A DNA stretch of 64,000 nucleotides from an uncultured delta proteobacterium (GTDB taxonomy: Bacteria > Myxococcota > Myxococcia > Myxococcales > Anaeromyxobacteraceae). The DNA lies in assembly GCA_963757745.1 (NCBI GenBank), contig CAVWSG010000007.1:490932-554931 (forward strand). The letters run 5' to 3'. Under the pieces are notes generated by a model that made no database searches, was not told where the DNA came from, and saw nothing but the letters and a program-made list of their open reading frames with translations. The translations under genes and the position numbers were made by a program. Positions 51,593 through 62,223 of the stretch are shown one piece after another. Every line of letters starts with the position of its first letter. Position 1 is the stretch's first letter.

Positions 51593-52030
51593 TCACTCCC
51601 CGATCGCCTTCAGCACGACGCGCTTCGTCCGCCGGCCATCGAACTCGTAGTAGAAGATCTGCTGCCAGGGGCCGAGGTCGAGCTCGCCTCCGGTGATGGG
51701 GATCACCACCTGGTGGCCGAGGATGAGATTCTTGAGGTGGGCGTCGCCGTTGTCCTCGCCCGAGGCGTTGTGGAGGTACTCCGGGCCGGGCGTCGAGTCG
51801 TCGGCGGCGGGCCCGGGGGCGAGCCGCTGAAGCCAGGTCTCCAGGTCGGCGTGCAGGCCCGGCTCGTCGTCGTTCACGAACACCGACGCGGTGATGTGCA
51901 GGCACGACACGAGCAGGATCCCCTCGGCGATGTGGCTCTCCCGGAGGAACGCCTTCACGTCCTCGGTGATGCGCACGAGCTCCCGCCGCTTCTGCGTGCG
52001 GAGCTCCAGGTAGTGCGTGTGGCTCTTCAT
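51593..52030 (-). CDS. YjbQ/UPF0047-family protein
   Basis: [67 protein letters not shown]. Confidence 0.8.
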   Translation of the reverse strand: MKSHTHYLELRTQKRRELVRITEDVKAFLRESHIAEGILLVSCLHITASVFVNDDEPGLHADLETWLQRLAPGPAADDSTPGPEYLHNASGEDNGDAHLKNLILGHQVVIPITGGELDLGPWQQIFYYEFDGRRTKRVVLKAIGE

Positions 52031-52230
52031 GGCGGAGGTCCTTTTCGCGCGCTCGAGCCAGGCGCCGCGGCGTCCCGGAGCGGCGCACATCCCGCCTGGC
52101 CCGAAGGTTCACCTTCACCTCTAAAATGGAAGGCGCCCCGCGGCACGGGCGAAGTGCCCGCGCTATGCTGAAAGGCCGGGTCGGCTCCGCTCGGACCCAC
52201 CCCTCCACCCCCAAGGCGAAGAGGCTCTCC

Positions 52231-53163
52231 GTGAACTACCGCAAGCTCGGCCGAAGCGACCTCACGGTCTCGGAGATTGCGCTCGGCTCCTGGCTCACCT
52301 ATGCCGGCGGCGTCGAGCACGAGCGCGCCGCGGCCTGCGTACGCCGCGCCTTCGAGCTGGGCGTGAACTTCATCGACACGGCCAACGTCTACGCGGCGGG
52401 CGCCGCCGAGTCGTTCCTCGGCGAGGTGCTGGCGGAGGTTCCGCGCGACAGCTACGTGCTCGCCACCAAGGCCTACTTCCCCATGTCGCCCACCGACCGG
52501 GGACTCTCGGCGGCGCAGATCGAGAAGCAGCTCGAGCTCTCGCTCCGGCGGCTCCGCGTGGAGCACGTCGACCTGTACCAGTGCCACCGGTACGACGCGG
52601 CCACGCCGCTCGAGGAGACCATGGCGGCCCTCACGCGCGCGGTGGAGGCGGGCAAGGTGCGCCACATCGGCTTCTCGGAGTGGAACCCGGCCCAGATCCG
52701 CGCCGCGCTGCAGCTCCGAGGGGCGAGGTTCGTGTCGAGCCAGCCGCAGTACTCCATGCTCTGGCGTGGACCCGAGGCCGAGATCTTCCCGCTCTGCGCG
52801 AGTGAGGGCATCGGGCAGATCGTCTGGTCGCCGCTAGCGCAGGGCGTGCTCACCGGGAAATATCGCCCGGGTGAGCCCCCGCCGGGCGATTCGCGCGCTG
52901 CCAGCCCGGCGATGAGCGGCTTTCTCGGCCGGTTCCTCGACCAGCCCGGGCTCCTCGAGCGCGTGGCCGAGCTCCAGCCCATCGCCCGCGACCTGAGCCT
53001 CTCCATGGCGCAGCTCGCGCTCGCCTGGGTGCTCCGGCGGCCGGAGGTGACCTCGGCCATCGTCGGGGCTTCGCGCCCAGAGCAGCTCGAGGACAACTGC
53101 AAGGCATCGGGGGTGAAGCTCTCCGAGGAGGTCCTCGCGAGGATCGACGCCGCGCTCGCCTGA
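52231..53163 (+). CDS. Aldo/keto reductase
   Basis: (V)NYRKLGRSDLTVSEIALGSWLTYAGG...IDTANVYAAGAAES...; GTG at 52231 with a GAAGAGG RBS, and an alternative ATG at 52165. Confidence 0.85.
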   Translation: MNYRKLGRSDLTVSEIALGSWLTYAGGVEHERAAACVRRAFELGVNFIDTANVYAAGAAESFLGEVLAEVPRDSYVLATKAYFPMSPTDRGLSAAQIEKQLELSLRRLRVEHVDLYQCHRYDAATPLEETMAALTRAVEAGKVRHIGFSEWNPAQIRAALQLRGARFVSSQPQYSMLWRGPEAEIFPLCASEGIGQIVWSPLAQGVLTGKYRPGEPPPGDSRAASPAMSGFLGRFLDQPGLLERVAELQPIARDLSLSMAQLALAWVLRRPEVTSAIVGASRPEQLEDNCKASGVKLSEEVLARIDAALA

Positions 53164-53196
53164 GAGCGCCCTGACCCGCCCCGCGAGGCTGGCCGC

Positions 53197-53607
53197 TCAG
53201 CGTCTGGAGCGCTCGGCGGCCAGCTCGGCTTCCACGTAGGCGCGGTCGTGGGTGGCGATGTGCGAGGCAAGGCCCGAGCGGAGGTCGAAGGCCATGGGGA
53301 GCGCGAGGCCCTCCTCCGCGTCGCGCAAGAGGTCTCGAATCTCGTCGATGTAGACGAGGAGCGACCGGTGCTCTCGCCGGTGCACCTCGAGCTCCGGGTA
53401 GGAAGCTGCCTCCATCAGGCACTCCTCGCCCTGGAAGTGGGTGGCGCTGTACCCGGCGAGCTGGTCGACGATGCGGCGTGCGAGCAGGGGATGATCACCC
53501 TCCAGCGCGTCGGTGAGCGCCCCCACCAGCGTGAGCTGCAGGTGGTGCTCGCGGTCGAGCTCCTCCATGCCGAGCGAGAGGGGACCCCAGGGATGCGGTA
53601 GCGGCAT
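53197..53607 (-). CDS. Bacteriohemerythrin-like protein
   Basis: HHE cation-binding pattern: ...MEELDREHHLQLTLV...THFQGEECLMEAASYPELEVHRREHRSLL. Confidence 0.7.
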   Translation of the reverse strand: MPLPHPWGPLSLGMEELDREHHLQLTLVGALTDALEGDHPLLARRIVDQLAGYSATHFQGEECLMEAASYPELEVHRREHRSLLVYIDEIRDLLRDAEEGLALPMAFDLRSGLASHIATHDRAYVEAELAAERSRR

Positions 53608-53897
53608 GGTGGAGAAGTGTCCCTGGCACGTGCGGTTGAACGCTGCGGCGCCTGGCTCCTCTGTGACGGAAGGGAGTCATCCGCAAGCACCGAGCGGGTG
53701 ACGCAGCGATGCCACAGGGGGGAGGGAGGGGCCGAGGGTCGTTTTCGAGCCGAATCGCCTACGCCCCAATTTGTGCGCGATGACGCGACCCGCCAAGGGC
53801 ATGACGCGAGTCGAAAAAAGTATCATTGATTCTGGAGTCGGTCGGCGGCGCGGCAGCGCTCGACCTCGCTTCCACCCGAACCGGAAGGGAACCACAG

Positions 53898-55829
53898 ATG
53901 GCCCAGAGCACGCAGGACGAGCTTCAGCGGTCGCGTGAGGTGGCGGAGGCGGCGCGCGAATCGGAGTGGCAGGGCGCTGGCTTCCTCCGGGAGATGTTCC
54001 TCGGCAAGTTCCGGCTCGACCTCATTCACCCCTACCCGCTCGGCGACGCGGAGCGGCCGGAGTTCACGCGCTACTACCAGACCTTCGAGGCGTTCCTGCG
54101 CCGCGAGGTCGACCCCTGCGAGATCGACCGCAGTGGAGAGTATCCACCCTCGGTCATAGAGGGCCTCCGCACGCTCGGCGCCTTCGGGATGAAGGTGCCG
54201 GTGGAGTACGGCGGGCTCGGCTTCAACCAGGTAGAGTACGGCAAGGTGATGCAGCTCCTCGGCTCCTACGACGCCAACCTCACCGCGCTCCTCTCGGCAC
54301 ACCAGTCGATCGGCGTCCCGCAGCCGCTCAAGATCTTCGGGAGCCCCGAGCTGAAGATGAAGTACCTGCCCCGCTTGGCGGCGGGCGCCATCAGCGCCTT
54401 CGCCCTCACCGAGACGGTGGTGGGCTCCGATCCGGCCCGCCTCACCACCACCGCGGAGCCGAGCGAGGACGGCCAGCACTTCATCCTGAACGGCTCCAAG
54501 CTCTGGTGCACGAACGGCACGCTCGCCGAGCTCCTCGTGGTGATGGCGCGGAACCCGAAGACCGACGCCATCAGCGCCTTCGTGGTGGAGACCGGCTGGG
54601 AAGGGGTGGAGGTGACGCACCGCTGCCGCTTCATGGGCCTGCGCGCGCTCGCCAACGCCACCCTGCGCTTCACCAACGTGAAGGTGCCGCGCGAGAACCT
54701 GCTCGGAAAGGAAGGCCGAGGGCTCAAGATCGCGCTCACCACGCTCAACACCGGGCGGCTGTCGCTGCCGGCGGCGGTGGTGGGCGGCGCCAAGGTCGCC
54801 CTCGAGCTGTGCCGCAAGTGGTCCATGGCGCGCGTGCAGTGGGGCCAGGAGATCGGCAAGCACGAGGCCATCACCCACAAGATCACCGAGATGGCGGCCA
54901 CCACCTTCGCCATGGAGTCGATCTCCGACCTGGCGCAGGCGCTCGCCGACAAGAAGGGCTACGACATCCGCCTGGAGGCGGCCGCCGCCAAGGAGTGGAA
55001 CACCGTTCGAGCCTGGCGGGTGATGGACGAGACGATGCAGATCCGCGGGGGCCGCGGCTACGAGACGGCGCAGTCGGCCGAGGCGCGCGGCGAGGCGGGG
55101 GTGGCGGTGGAGCGGTGGATGCGCGACATGCGCATCAACATGATCTTCGAGGGCTCCTCGGAGGTGATGCACCTCTTCATGGCGCGCGAGGCGGTGGACA
55201 AGCACCTCCAGATGGCGGGCGCGATGATCGACCCCAAGGTGCCGGTGGGGAAGAAGCTGGCGGCGCTCCCGAAGCTCGGCGCCTTCTACGTGAAGTGGTA
55301 TCTCGGCCTTTGGCTGCGCGGGCTCATTGCTCCTCGCTTCGGCAAGTTCGGGCGCCTCGCACCGCACCTCCGCTTCGTGGAGCGGAAGAGCCGCAAGCTG
55401 GCGCGGGAGATCTTCCATTCCATGCTGGTGTTCCGCGCCGCGGCCGAGCGTCGGCAGGCCTTCCTCTTCCGGCTGGTCGACATCGCCAACGAGCTGTTCG
55501 CCATGGCGGCCAGCGTCACCCGGGCCCAGGCTCTCCTCGCGGCGAACCGGCCGGAGGCCTCCTCCGCCGCCGCGCTCGCCGAGATGGTCTGCCTGCAGGA
55601 GCGCGAGCGGGTCGTCGCGCTCTTCCACGCCCTGTGGCACAACCACGACGTGGCCGCCTACGACGCCGGGCGGCGCGTTCTCGCCGGAGAGTGCAGCTGG
55701 CTCGAGCGCGGTGCGATGGGCCTCGGGATCACGGTGGAGGAACTGACCCCGCGCCTGCCGCCGGCCGCCAGCCCGGCCGCCCGCCTTGAGCCGGTCTCCC
55801 GCGCCAGCACCAGCGTGGGCGTGGTCTAG
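53898..55829 (+). CDS. Long-chain acyl-CoA dehydrogenase with a C-terminal extension
   Basis: ACAD N-terminal, middle (ALTETVVGSDPARLTTTAEP, LNGSKLWCTNG) and C-terminal (IFEGSSEV) domains, plus ~230 extra C-terminal residues. Confidence 0.85.
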   Translation: MAQSTQDELQRSREVAEAARESEWQGAGFLREMFLGKFRLDLIHPYPLGDAERPEFTRYYQTFEAFLRREVDPCEIDRSGEYPPSVIEGLRTLGAFGMKVPVEYGGLGFNQVEYGKVMQLLGSYDANLTALLSAHQSIGVPQPLKIFGSPELKMKYLPRLAAGAISAFALTETVVGSDPARLTTTAEPSEDGQHFILNGSKLWCTNGTLAELLVVMARNPKTDAISAFVVETGWEGVEVTHRCRFMGLRALANATLRFTNVKVPRENLLGKEGRGLKIALTTLNTGRLSLPAAVVGGAKVALELCRKWSMARVQWGQEIGKHEAITHKITEMAATTFAMESISDLAQALADKKGYDIRLEAAAAKEWNTVRAWRVMDETMQIRGGRGYETAQSAEARGEAGVAVERWMRDMRINMIFEGSSEVMHLFMAREAVDKHLQMAGAMIDPKVPVGKKLAALPKLGAFYVKWYLGLWLRGLIAPRFGKFGRLAPHLRFVERKSRKLAREIFHSMLVFRAAAERRQAFLFRLVDIANELFAMAASVTRAQALLAANRPEASSAAALAEMVCLQERERVVALFHALWHNHDVAAYDAGRRVLAGECSWLERGAMGLGITVEELTPRLPPAASPAARLEPVSRASTSVGVV

Positions 55830-55973
55830 CGGGTTCCAGAAAGCTCGAAGCAATGCCGGGCGCTCTTCCGGGGGAGCGCCCTGTCTTTCAGGGGTCTCGT
55901 GCCGCGGGGCACCTCGGGCGTCCTCTCGGGGGGCGCCTTTTCCGCTACGCTTGGCGCGGAGGATCTCGACGCC

Positions 55974-57329
55974 ATGCGCGAGCCGATGAGCAAGGTGGAT
56001 GCGGCGTGGCACCGGATGGATCACCCGGAGAACGCAGCCGATGTCATCGGGCTCCTCCAGTTCCGGCAGCTCCCGCCTTTCGAGGTGGTCCGGCGCGTGG
56101 TCGAGGAGCGGCTCCTCCCCCTCCAGCGCTTCCGGCAGCGTGTCGTGCCCGACGGGTTCGGGTTCGCCTGGGAGGACGACCCCGGGTTCGAGCTCGACCG
56201 GCACCTCAGGCGCGACAAGCTGCGGGGCCAGGGCGAGAAGGCCCTCCAGGAGCTGGTGAGCGCCATCGCCAACGAGCCGCTCGACCCGGGCCGGCCGCTC
56301 TGGCGCATCCACCACATCCAGCGCCCTCGCGGCGGCGGCGGCGCCGTCGTGACGAAGCTCGCGCACTGCATGGCGGATGGCTTCGTCCACGTGGGGCTCC
56401 TCCTCTCGCTCTGCGACCATCACGAGCCGGTCGCCGCCCCTCGCCACGCACTCCCGGCCTCGCGGCTCCTCGCCCCCTGGCTGGACCCGCGCGCCGCCGC
56501 CAGCGGCGCGCTCCGCGACCCCTCGCAGCTCATCTCGCTGGGGCTCTCGGCGGTGAGCCTCGGCGCGGCGGTGGCACGCATCGCGCTCCTCTCCTCCGAC
56601 CCGCCGACCCTTCTCTCCTCCCCGCTCGCAGGGCGGCGGAACACCGCCTGGTCGCGAGGCCTGCCGCTCGGGCCTGTCCGCGCCGCGGCCCGCGCGGGCG
56701 GGACCGGCGTGAACGCCTTCCTCATCGCCGCGGTGGCTGGCGCGGTGCGCGCGCTGGCGGGGCGGGACGGCACGCCAATGGACGGCGTCGACCTCAGGGC
56801 GCTGGTGCCGGTGAACCTCCGGCCGGGCCTGCCCGACCTGCGCGAGGGCATCCCCGGGAATCGCTTCGGCCTGGTCTTCCTCGATCTCCCCACCGGCACC
56901 AGCTCGGCGCCCGAGCGCCTCCAGCTCGTGCGCGAGCGGAGCGAGGTGGTCCGGGAGCGGCCCGACCCCGTCGCCACCTGGATGCTGCTCGCCGGCGTGG
57001 GAGCGATCCCGCGGGTGGAGGAGCCGGCCCTCCGCTTCTTCGCCCGCAAGGCTTCACTCGTCGTGACGAGCGTGCCCGGGCCTCGCCGCCACCTGACCAT
57101 GGGCGGGTCGCGGCTCGACGAGGCCGCCTTCTTCGTCCCCCACCCTTCCACCCTGGGTCTCGGGGTGAGCATCCTCACCTACGGCGGCGAGGTGCGCATG
57201 GGCGTGCGGAGCGACGAGGCGGTGCTCGCGGCGCCCTCCAATCTCGTGGAGCTCCTGGAGGCGGAGCTGGCCCTGCTGGGTGTGCCCCTGCGCGCCCCGC
57301 GTCGACGGCCGCAATCCACCGCGCGCTGA
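55974..57329 (+). CDS. Wax-ester synthase / diacylglycerol O-acyltransferase (WS/DGAT) family protein
   Basis: The N-terminus aligns to WS/DGAT (VDAAWHRMDHPENAADVIGLLQF ... PLWRIHHIQRPRGGGGAVVTKLAHCMADGF, i.e. the HHxxxDG site reads AHCMADG) with a DUF1298-like C-terminus. Confidence 0.7.
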   Translation: MREPMSKVDAAWHRMDHPENAADVIGLLQFRQLPPFEVVRRVVEERLLPLQRFRQRVVPDGFGFAWEDDPGFELDRHLRRDKLRGQGEKALQELVSAIANEPLDPGRPLWRIHHIQRPRGGGGAVVTKLAHCMADGFVHVGLLLSLCDHHEPVAAPRHALPASRLLAPWLDPRAAASGALRDPSQLISLGLSAVSLGAAVARIALLSSDPPTLLSSPLAGRRNTAWSRGLPLGPVRAAARAGGTGVNAFLIAAVAGAVRALAGRDGTPMDGVDLRALVPVNLRPGLPDLREGIPGNRFGLVFLDLPTGTSSAPERLQLVRERSEVVRERPDPVATWMLLAGVGAIPRVEEPALRFFARKASLVVTSVPGPRRHLTMGGSRLDEAAFFVPHPSTLGLGVSILTYGGEVRMGVRSDEAVLAAPSNLVELLEAELALLGVPLRAPRRRPQSTAR

Positions 57330-57345
57330 TCCTTATCTTGGGTGG

Positions 57346-59979
57346 ATGGTCACCACTTCCCCTCGCGCTACCCCTGCGCGCGCGCGCCGCTGGCCTCGCC
57401 GCCTCCTCGTCGCCCTGGTCGTCCTCGTGGCGCTCGTCGCCGCGGGGGTCCTGCTCCTCGACCGCATCCTCCTCGACCGCGCGCGCGCCGAGGCGCAGAA
57501 GCTCTCGGCGCAGTGGGGGAGGCCGGTGGAGCTCACCGGCCTCTCCACCAAGCTCGTGCCCTGGCTCGGGGTGCGGGTGACCGGAGTCCGCATCGGGGCC
57601 GCGGCCGGCGAGCCGCGCCCCCTGCTCGAGCTGGAGCGGGCGGAGGTGAAGGTTGGCCTCCTCGGGGTGCTGCGCTCCCTCGGCAAGGAGGTGGTGGTCC
57701 GCGACCTCGAGCTCGACGGACTGCGGGTCACGGTGGTGCGGCTCCCCGATGGCACCACCAACGTGCAGCGCCTCGCCGAGGCGGCCTCGAAGGGCCCGGA
57801 GCCCAGCGGGCAGCAGGAGAAGCCGGCCTCCGACCTCTCCTTCCTGCACGTCGACCGCGCGGTGCTCTCCGGAGCCCGCATCGCCTTTCTCGACCTCTCG
57901 CGCAAGGGCGCCGAGGAGCTCGCCATCGACCACCTCGACGTCACGGTGAAGGACCTCGCCGCGGGCAAGCCGCTCGACGTGCTCCTCCGCGCAGCGGTCC
58001 TGGCCCCGGCACAGAACCTGGAGGTGAAGCTCCACGCGGCGCCGCTGCCGCCCACGCTGCGCCCGACCCCCGAGAAGCTCTCGGTGAAGCTCTCGCCGGT
58101 GGCGCTCGATCCCCTTGCGCCCTTCTTGCCGAAGAGCGCGGGCTTCCTGGCGGGCGAGCTCGCCGCGGACCTGGCGGCCGAGCTCGGCGCCGCGGTCCCC
58201 GGCGGAAACGGCGCCACCGCGGTGAAGGGCAAGGTGACAGCGCGCGGCCTGCGTTTCGCCGGGCAGGAGGGCGGCAAGGCGCTCGACGCGGTGCTCGAGG
58301 CTGACCTCACCGCCGACACCGGGAAGGGCGACGTGAAGATCGCGAGGCTCGACTTCACCGCGGGTCCGGTGGAGGTGCACGGGAAGGGCGGGGCCACCGG
58401 TCTCCTCGGGGACGCGCCGCGCATCGACGGCCTACAGGTCACCGGGAGCGGTCTCGACCCGCGCGCGCTCGCCGCCTTCTACCCGCCGCTCCGCGCGATG
58501 GTCGGCGGGAAGGCCTCCGGTCCGGCCACCTTCGACCTGCGCGCCGCGGGCGACGCGGGCGCTCCGGCGCTCGACCTGAAGGTGGACCTCGCCGCCATGA
58601 AGCTCGACCTCCCGGAACAGCTCGCCAAGGCCGCCGGGGCGCCGCTCGCCTTCACGGCGCGGGTCGCCTTCCCGGGGAGCGCGGCCAAGGGAACCGTCCG
58701 CCTCGACGCACGCCTCGACGCCACGGGGGTCGACCTCCGCCCGGGCGGCTCGCTCGCCAAGGCGCCCGGTGACCGGCTCGTGCTGAACGCCCAGGCCACC
58801 GCCACCCGCAAGGGCGAGCAGGGCTGGGACGTGGCCCTCGCCAAGCTCGAGCTGCTCCTCCCCGGCGACAGCCTCACCGCCAGCGGCACCGCCTCCGTGG
58901 CCGGCCAGGGCGCGGCCCGCAAGGTGCGCTTCGACCTCGCAGCGAGGAGCGCGCAGCTCGATCTCGACGAGCTCCTCCTCGAGAAGAAGAAGGCGGCGCC
59001 GAAGAAGAAGGAACCGCTCGACCCCGCCACCTTCGCCGGCCTCTCGGGGACGGTCGACGTGAAGCTCGGGGAGTTGCGCTGGTCGAAGGCCACCTTCAAG
59101 GACGTGGCGGTGCGGCTGCAGCTCGACGGCGACAACCTCCTCATCGAGCAGGCGAGGCTCACCGGGCTCGGCGGGACGCTCGATGCGAGCGGCACCCGGA
59201 TGCAGCTCGCGCACCCCGACGCCCCGGTGCACGTGAAGGTGAAGCTCGAGGGGGTGGACGCCGGGCAGGCGCTGGCGCTCTACACGCCAAAGAAGCTCCT
59301 CGCCGGGCGCGTCTCGGCCGACCTCGACGTGGCCGCGGGCGGCTCGAGCGGGAAGGACGTCCTGGCCTCGCTCACCGGCTCGCTCGGCGGGAAGCTCTTC
59401 GACGGTGCCTTTCTCGGAAAGGACGTGGTGGCGGGCGTGGCCGAGCCGCTGGCGAAGGCGCTCCCCTTCGGCGCCGTGAAGAAGCTCGCCGGAGGAACCA
59501 CCTCGCTCGGCAAGGAGCTGCCCTTCGGCGTGAAGTTCACCGGAGGTGCAGCCGAGATCACCAGGCCCCTCAGCGTGCAGGCCGCGGGTGCGGCGCTCTC
59601 CGTGGAGGGTGGCCAGGTGAAGCTCGACGGCACCCTCGACCTGCCCCTCACGGTGGCGCTCTCGCCGGAGATGATCGCCTCGATCACCGGCGGCAAGGCG
59701 AAGCCCTCCGAGCCCATCCCCGTCACCTTGCGGCTCACGGGCCCGGCGTGGAGCCCGAGCCTCTCCGACCTCTCCTTGAAATCGGCGGTGGCCGCCATCG
59801 TCCGCTCGGCGGGGTCGGCCGCCATCGGCAAGGTCCTCGGCATCGACGCCAAGGGCGCCGCCTCGGGCGAGGACGTGGCGGCGCAGGCGAAGGGGGCGGC
59901 CGGAAACGCCGCCGAGGATCTGCAGAAGAAGGCGGGCGACGAGGCGAAGAAGGCGCTGCAGGGCCTCTTCGGGAAGTGA
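57346..59979 (+). CDS. AsmA-family envelope protein (N-terminal TM anchor, long beta-rich periplasmic domain)
   Basis: RRLLVALVVLVALVAAGVLLL anchor, then ~850 aa of Ala/Gly/Leu/Asp/Lys-rich repetitive sequence typical of AsmA/TamB-like proteins. Confidence 0.7.
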   Translation: MVTTSPRATPARARRWPRRLLVALVVLVALVAAGVLLLDRILLDRARAEAQKLSAQWGRPVELTGLSTKLVPWLGVRVTGVRIGAAAGEPRPLLELERAEVKVGLLGVLRSLGKEVVVRDLELDGLRVTVVRLPDGTTNVQRLAEAASKGPEPSGQQEKPASDLSFLHVDRAVLSGARIAFLDLSRKGAEELAIDHLDVTVKDLAAGKPLDVLLRAAVLAPAQNLEVKLHAAPLPPTLRPTPEKLSVKLSPVALDPLAPFLPKSAGFLAGELAADLAAELGAAVPGGNGATAVKGKVTARGLRFAGQEGGKALDAVLEADLTADTGKGDVKIARLDFTAGPVEVHGKGGATGLLGDAPRIDGLQVTGSGLDPRALAAFYPPLRAMVGGKASGPATFDLRAAGDAGAPALDLKVDLAAMKLDLPEQLAKAAGAPLAFTARVAFPGSAAKGTVRLDARLDATGVDLRPGGSLAKAPGDRLVLNAQATATRKGEQGWDVALAKLELLLPGDSLTASGTASVAGQGAARKVRFDLAARSAQLDLDELLLEKKKAAPKKKEPLDPATFAGLSGTVDVKLGELRWSKATFKDVAVRLQLDGDNLLIEQARLTGLGGTLDASGTRMQLAHPDAPVHVKVKLEGVDAGQALALYTPKKLLAGRVSADLDVAAGGSSGKDVLASLTGSLGGKLFDGAFLGKDVVAGVAEPLAKALPFGAVKKLAGGTTSLGKELPFGVKFTGGAAEITRPLSVQAAGAALSVEGGQVKLDGTLDLPLTVALSPEMIASITGGKAKPSEPIPVTLRLTGPAWSPSLSDLSLKSAVAAIVRSAGSAAIGKVLGIDAKGAASGEDVAAQAKGAAGNAAEDLQKKAGDEAKKALQGLFGK

Positions 59980-60054
59980 GCCTGACGCCGCCGGGCCGAC
60001 CGCCGCCCCACGAAGTGAGGCCGGTCTCGCCGGGAGCTGGCGTTCCGCCCTCGG

Positions 60055-61041
60055 CTATCGCAGGGGTGCGCTGGTGCTTCGCCGCACGATGAGCTTCGCT
60101 GGGACCACCTCGCGCTTCCACGCCCGATCCCGGCGCTCGATCTGCCGGAGGAGGAGCTTCAGGCACTTTCGCCCCACCGCGCCGAAGTCCTGGCGCACGG
60201 TGGTGAGCGGCGGCGTGAAGTAGGCCGCCTCCGGCACGTCGTCGAAGCCTACCACGCTCACGTCGCCTGGCACCTCCAGCCCCTCCTCGTGGAGGTGGCG
60301 CAGGAGGCCGAGCGCCATCTGGTCGTTCGCCACGAAGACGGCGGTGACGTGCTGGCCCTGAAGGAGCGCCCGCCCCATCTCGTACCCCGAGCGTGGGCTC
60401 CAGTCGCCCCGGAGGAGCGGGGGCGCCGGGGCCCCCGCGGCGGCGAGCGCGGCCCTCCATCCATCGACGCGTTGCTCGGCCTCGAGCCAGTCCTCCGGCC
60501 CGGCCAGGTGAGACACGGTGCGGTGGCCCAGCGAGAGGAGGTGGCGCGTGGCGGCAATGGCCCCGGCGCGCTGGTCCACCGCCACCACCGGCACGCTGTC
60601 GTCGGGGCCGGCCTCCACCGCCACCACCGGCACGTCGCGCGGCACCCGGAGCAGCGCCTCGACCGCGGCCTTCTGCGGCGCCACCACCACGATCCCGTCG
60701 ACGCCCTGCCCGGCCATGCCCTCCACCGCGGCCACCACCGCGTCGCGCTCCAGCGAGCGGAGGCTGGCGATGCTCACCGCGTAGCCCGCGTCGTGCGCCG
60801 CCTCCTCCACCCCCAGCACGGTGGAGGCGGGGCCGTAGAGGGTGGTGTCGAACGAAACGACCCCCAGCGTCCGCGAGCGGCCGGTGACGAGGGCCTGCGC
60901 CACCGTGTTGGGCCGGTAGTCGAGGGCGCGGATGGCTGTGAGCACGCGCTCGCGCGTTTCGCCGCTCACGTGCGGGCTGTCGTGCATCACCCGCGAGACG
61001 GTCTGGTAGGAGACTCCCGCCAGGCGGGCCACGTCGGTCAT
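60055..61041 (-). CDS. LacI-family transcriptional regulator
   Basis: MTDVARLAGVSYQTVSRVMHDSPHVSGETRERVLTAIRALDYRPN plus a periplasmic-binding-protein-like sugar-binding core. Confidence 0.85.
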   Translation of the reverse strand: MTDVARLAGVSYQTVSRVMHDSPHVSGETRERVLTAIRALDYRPNTVAQALVTGRSRTLGVVSFDTTLYGPASTVLGVEEAAHDAGYAVSIASLRSLERDAVVAAVEGMAGQGVDGIVVVAPQKAAVEALLRVPRDVPVVAVEAGPDDSVPVVAVDQRAGAIAATRHLLSLGHRTVSHLAGPEDWLEAEQRVDGWRAALAAAGAPAPPLLRGDWSPRSGYEMGRALLQGQHVTAVFVANDQMALGLLRHLHEEGLEVPGDVSVVGFDDVPEAAYFTPPLTTVRQDFGAVGRKCLKLLLRQIERRDRAWKREVVPAKLIVRRSTSAPLR

Positions 61042-61269
61042 CACCGCCGCCTTGCGCCCCGGCGCGGCTCGCCGGCCCCGGGGGCCGATCACGGCGGATC
61101 CCCACGCGTCGGGATGGACCGCGCGCAGGCGGAAGTCGATGGTTCGCCACGGCTTGACAAATCGATTGTGAACGCTCACACTCCCCGCTTCACCTTTGAC
61201 CGAAAGTGGTGTTGCAGGGGCTCGCCCATACTGGCGCAGGTCGCACCGTCGTTCAAGGAGACTCCCACC

Positions 61270-62223
61270 ATGATGAAGAAGCTTCTCGTCGCCGCCCTGG
61301 CCTCGACCCTCGCCATGGCCGCCCTTCCCTCCACCGCCGCCGCCGCATCGAAGAAGACCTTCGTCATGGTCCCGAAGGGCGTCCACCCGTACTACGAGCC
61401 CTGCTACGAGGGCTTCAAGGCCGCCGCCAAGAAGTACGGCGTGGAGGTGGAGAAGGTCGATCCGCAGAAGTTCGAGCTGCCGCTGCAGGTGAAGGTCATC
61501 GAGGACCTCATCGCCCAGCAGGTGGACGGCATCGCCATCTCCGCGCTCGACGACGCCGGCCTGGTGCCGGTCATCGCCGAGGCCACCAAGGCTGGCATCA
61601 AGGTGATCACCTTCGACGCCCCGGCGCCCTCCTCGGCGGCCCTCACCTACATCGGCACCGACAACCAGAGCGCCGGCTTCGCCGCCGGGAAGCGCCTGGC
61701 CGAGATCATGAAGGGCGAGGGCAAGGTGGTGGTGCTCCAGGGCGGACTCGGCGCCACCAACCTGAACCTCCGCACCCAGGGCTTCAAGGAGGCCCTCGCC
61801 AAGTACGGCCCCGGCATCAAGGTGCTCGAGGTGGTGGACGTGGCCGGCGACTTCTCGGTGGCCACCAACAAGACCGAGGCGCTCCTGCAGACCTACCCCG
61901 ACCTGAACGCCATCTTCGCCGTCTCCGCCGAGGGCGCCCCCGCCGCCGCCTCCGTGCTGAAGCAGCAGAACAAGGCGGGCAAGATCATCGTCGCCGGCTT
62001 CGACGACCTGAAGGACACGCTCGAGGGAATTCGGGACGGCAGCGTGGCCTTCTGCCTCGTGCAGAAGACCTTCAAGATGGGCTGGCTCTCGGTGGAGGCG
62101 CTGAACGACGCCATCGCCGGCAAGGAGCTCCCCAAGGTGACCGACACCGGCGTCCTCTTCGTCACGAAGAGCAACGTCGACTCCTACATGGACGAGATGA
62201 AGAAGGAGTTCGCGGCGAAGTAG
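61270..62223 (+). CDS. Sugar ABC transporter periplasmic substrate-binding protein (RbsB-like)
   Basis: MMKKLLVAALASTLAMAALPSTAAAASKKTFVMVPKGVHPYYEP...; AAGGAGA RBS. Confidence 0.85.
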   Translation: MMKKLLVAALASTLAMAALPSTAAAASKKTFVMVPKGVHPYYEPCYEGFKAAAKKYGVEVEKVDPQKFELPLQVKVIEDLIAQQVDGIAISALDDAGLVPVIAEATKAGIKVITFDAPAPSSAALTYIGTDNQSAGFAAGKRLAEIMKGEGKVVVLQGGLGATNLNLRTQGFKEALAKYGPGIKVLEVVDVAGDFSVATNKTEALLQTYPDLNAIFAVSAEGAPAAASVLKQQNKAGKIIVAGFDDLKDTLEGIRDGSVAFCLVQKTFKMGWLSVEALNDAIAGKELPKVTDTGVLFVTKSNVDSYMDEMKKEFAAK

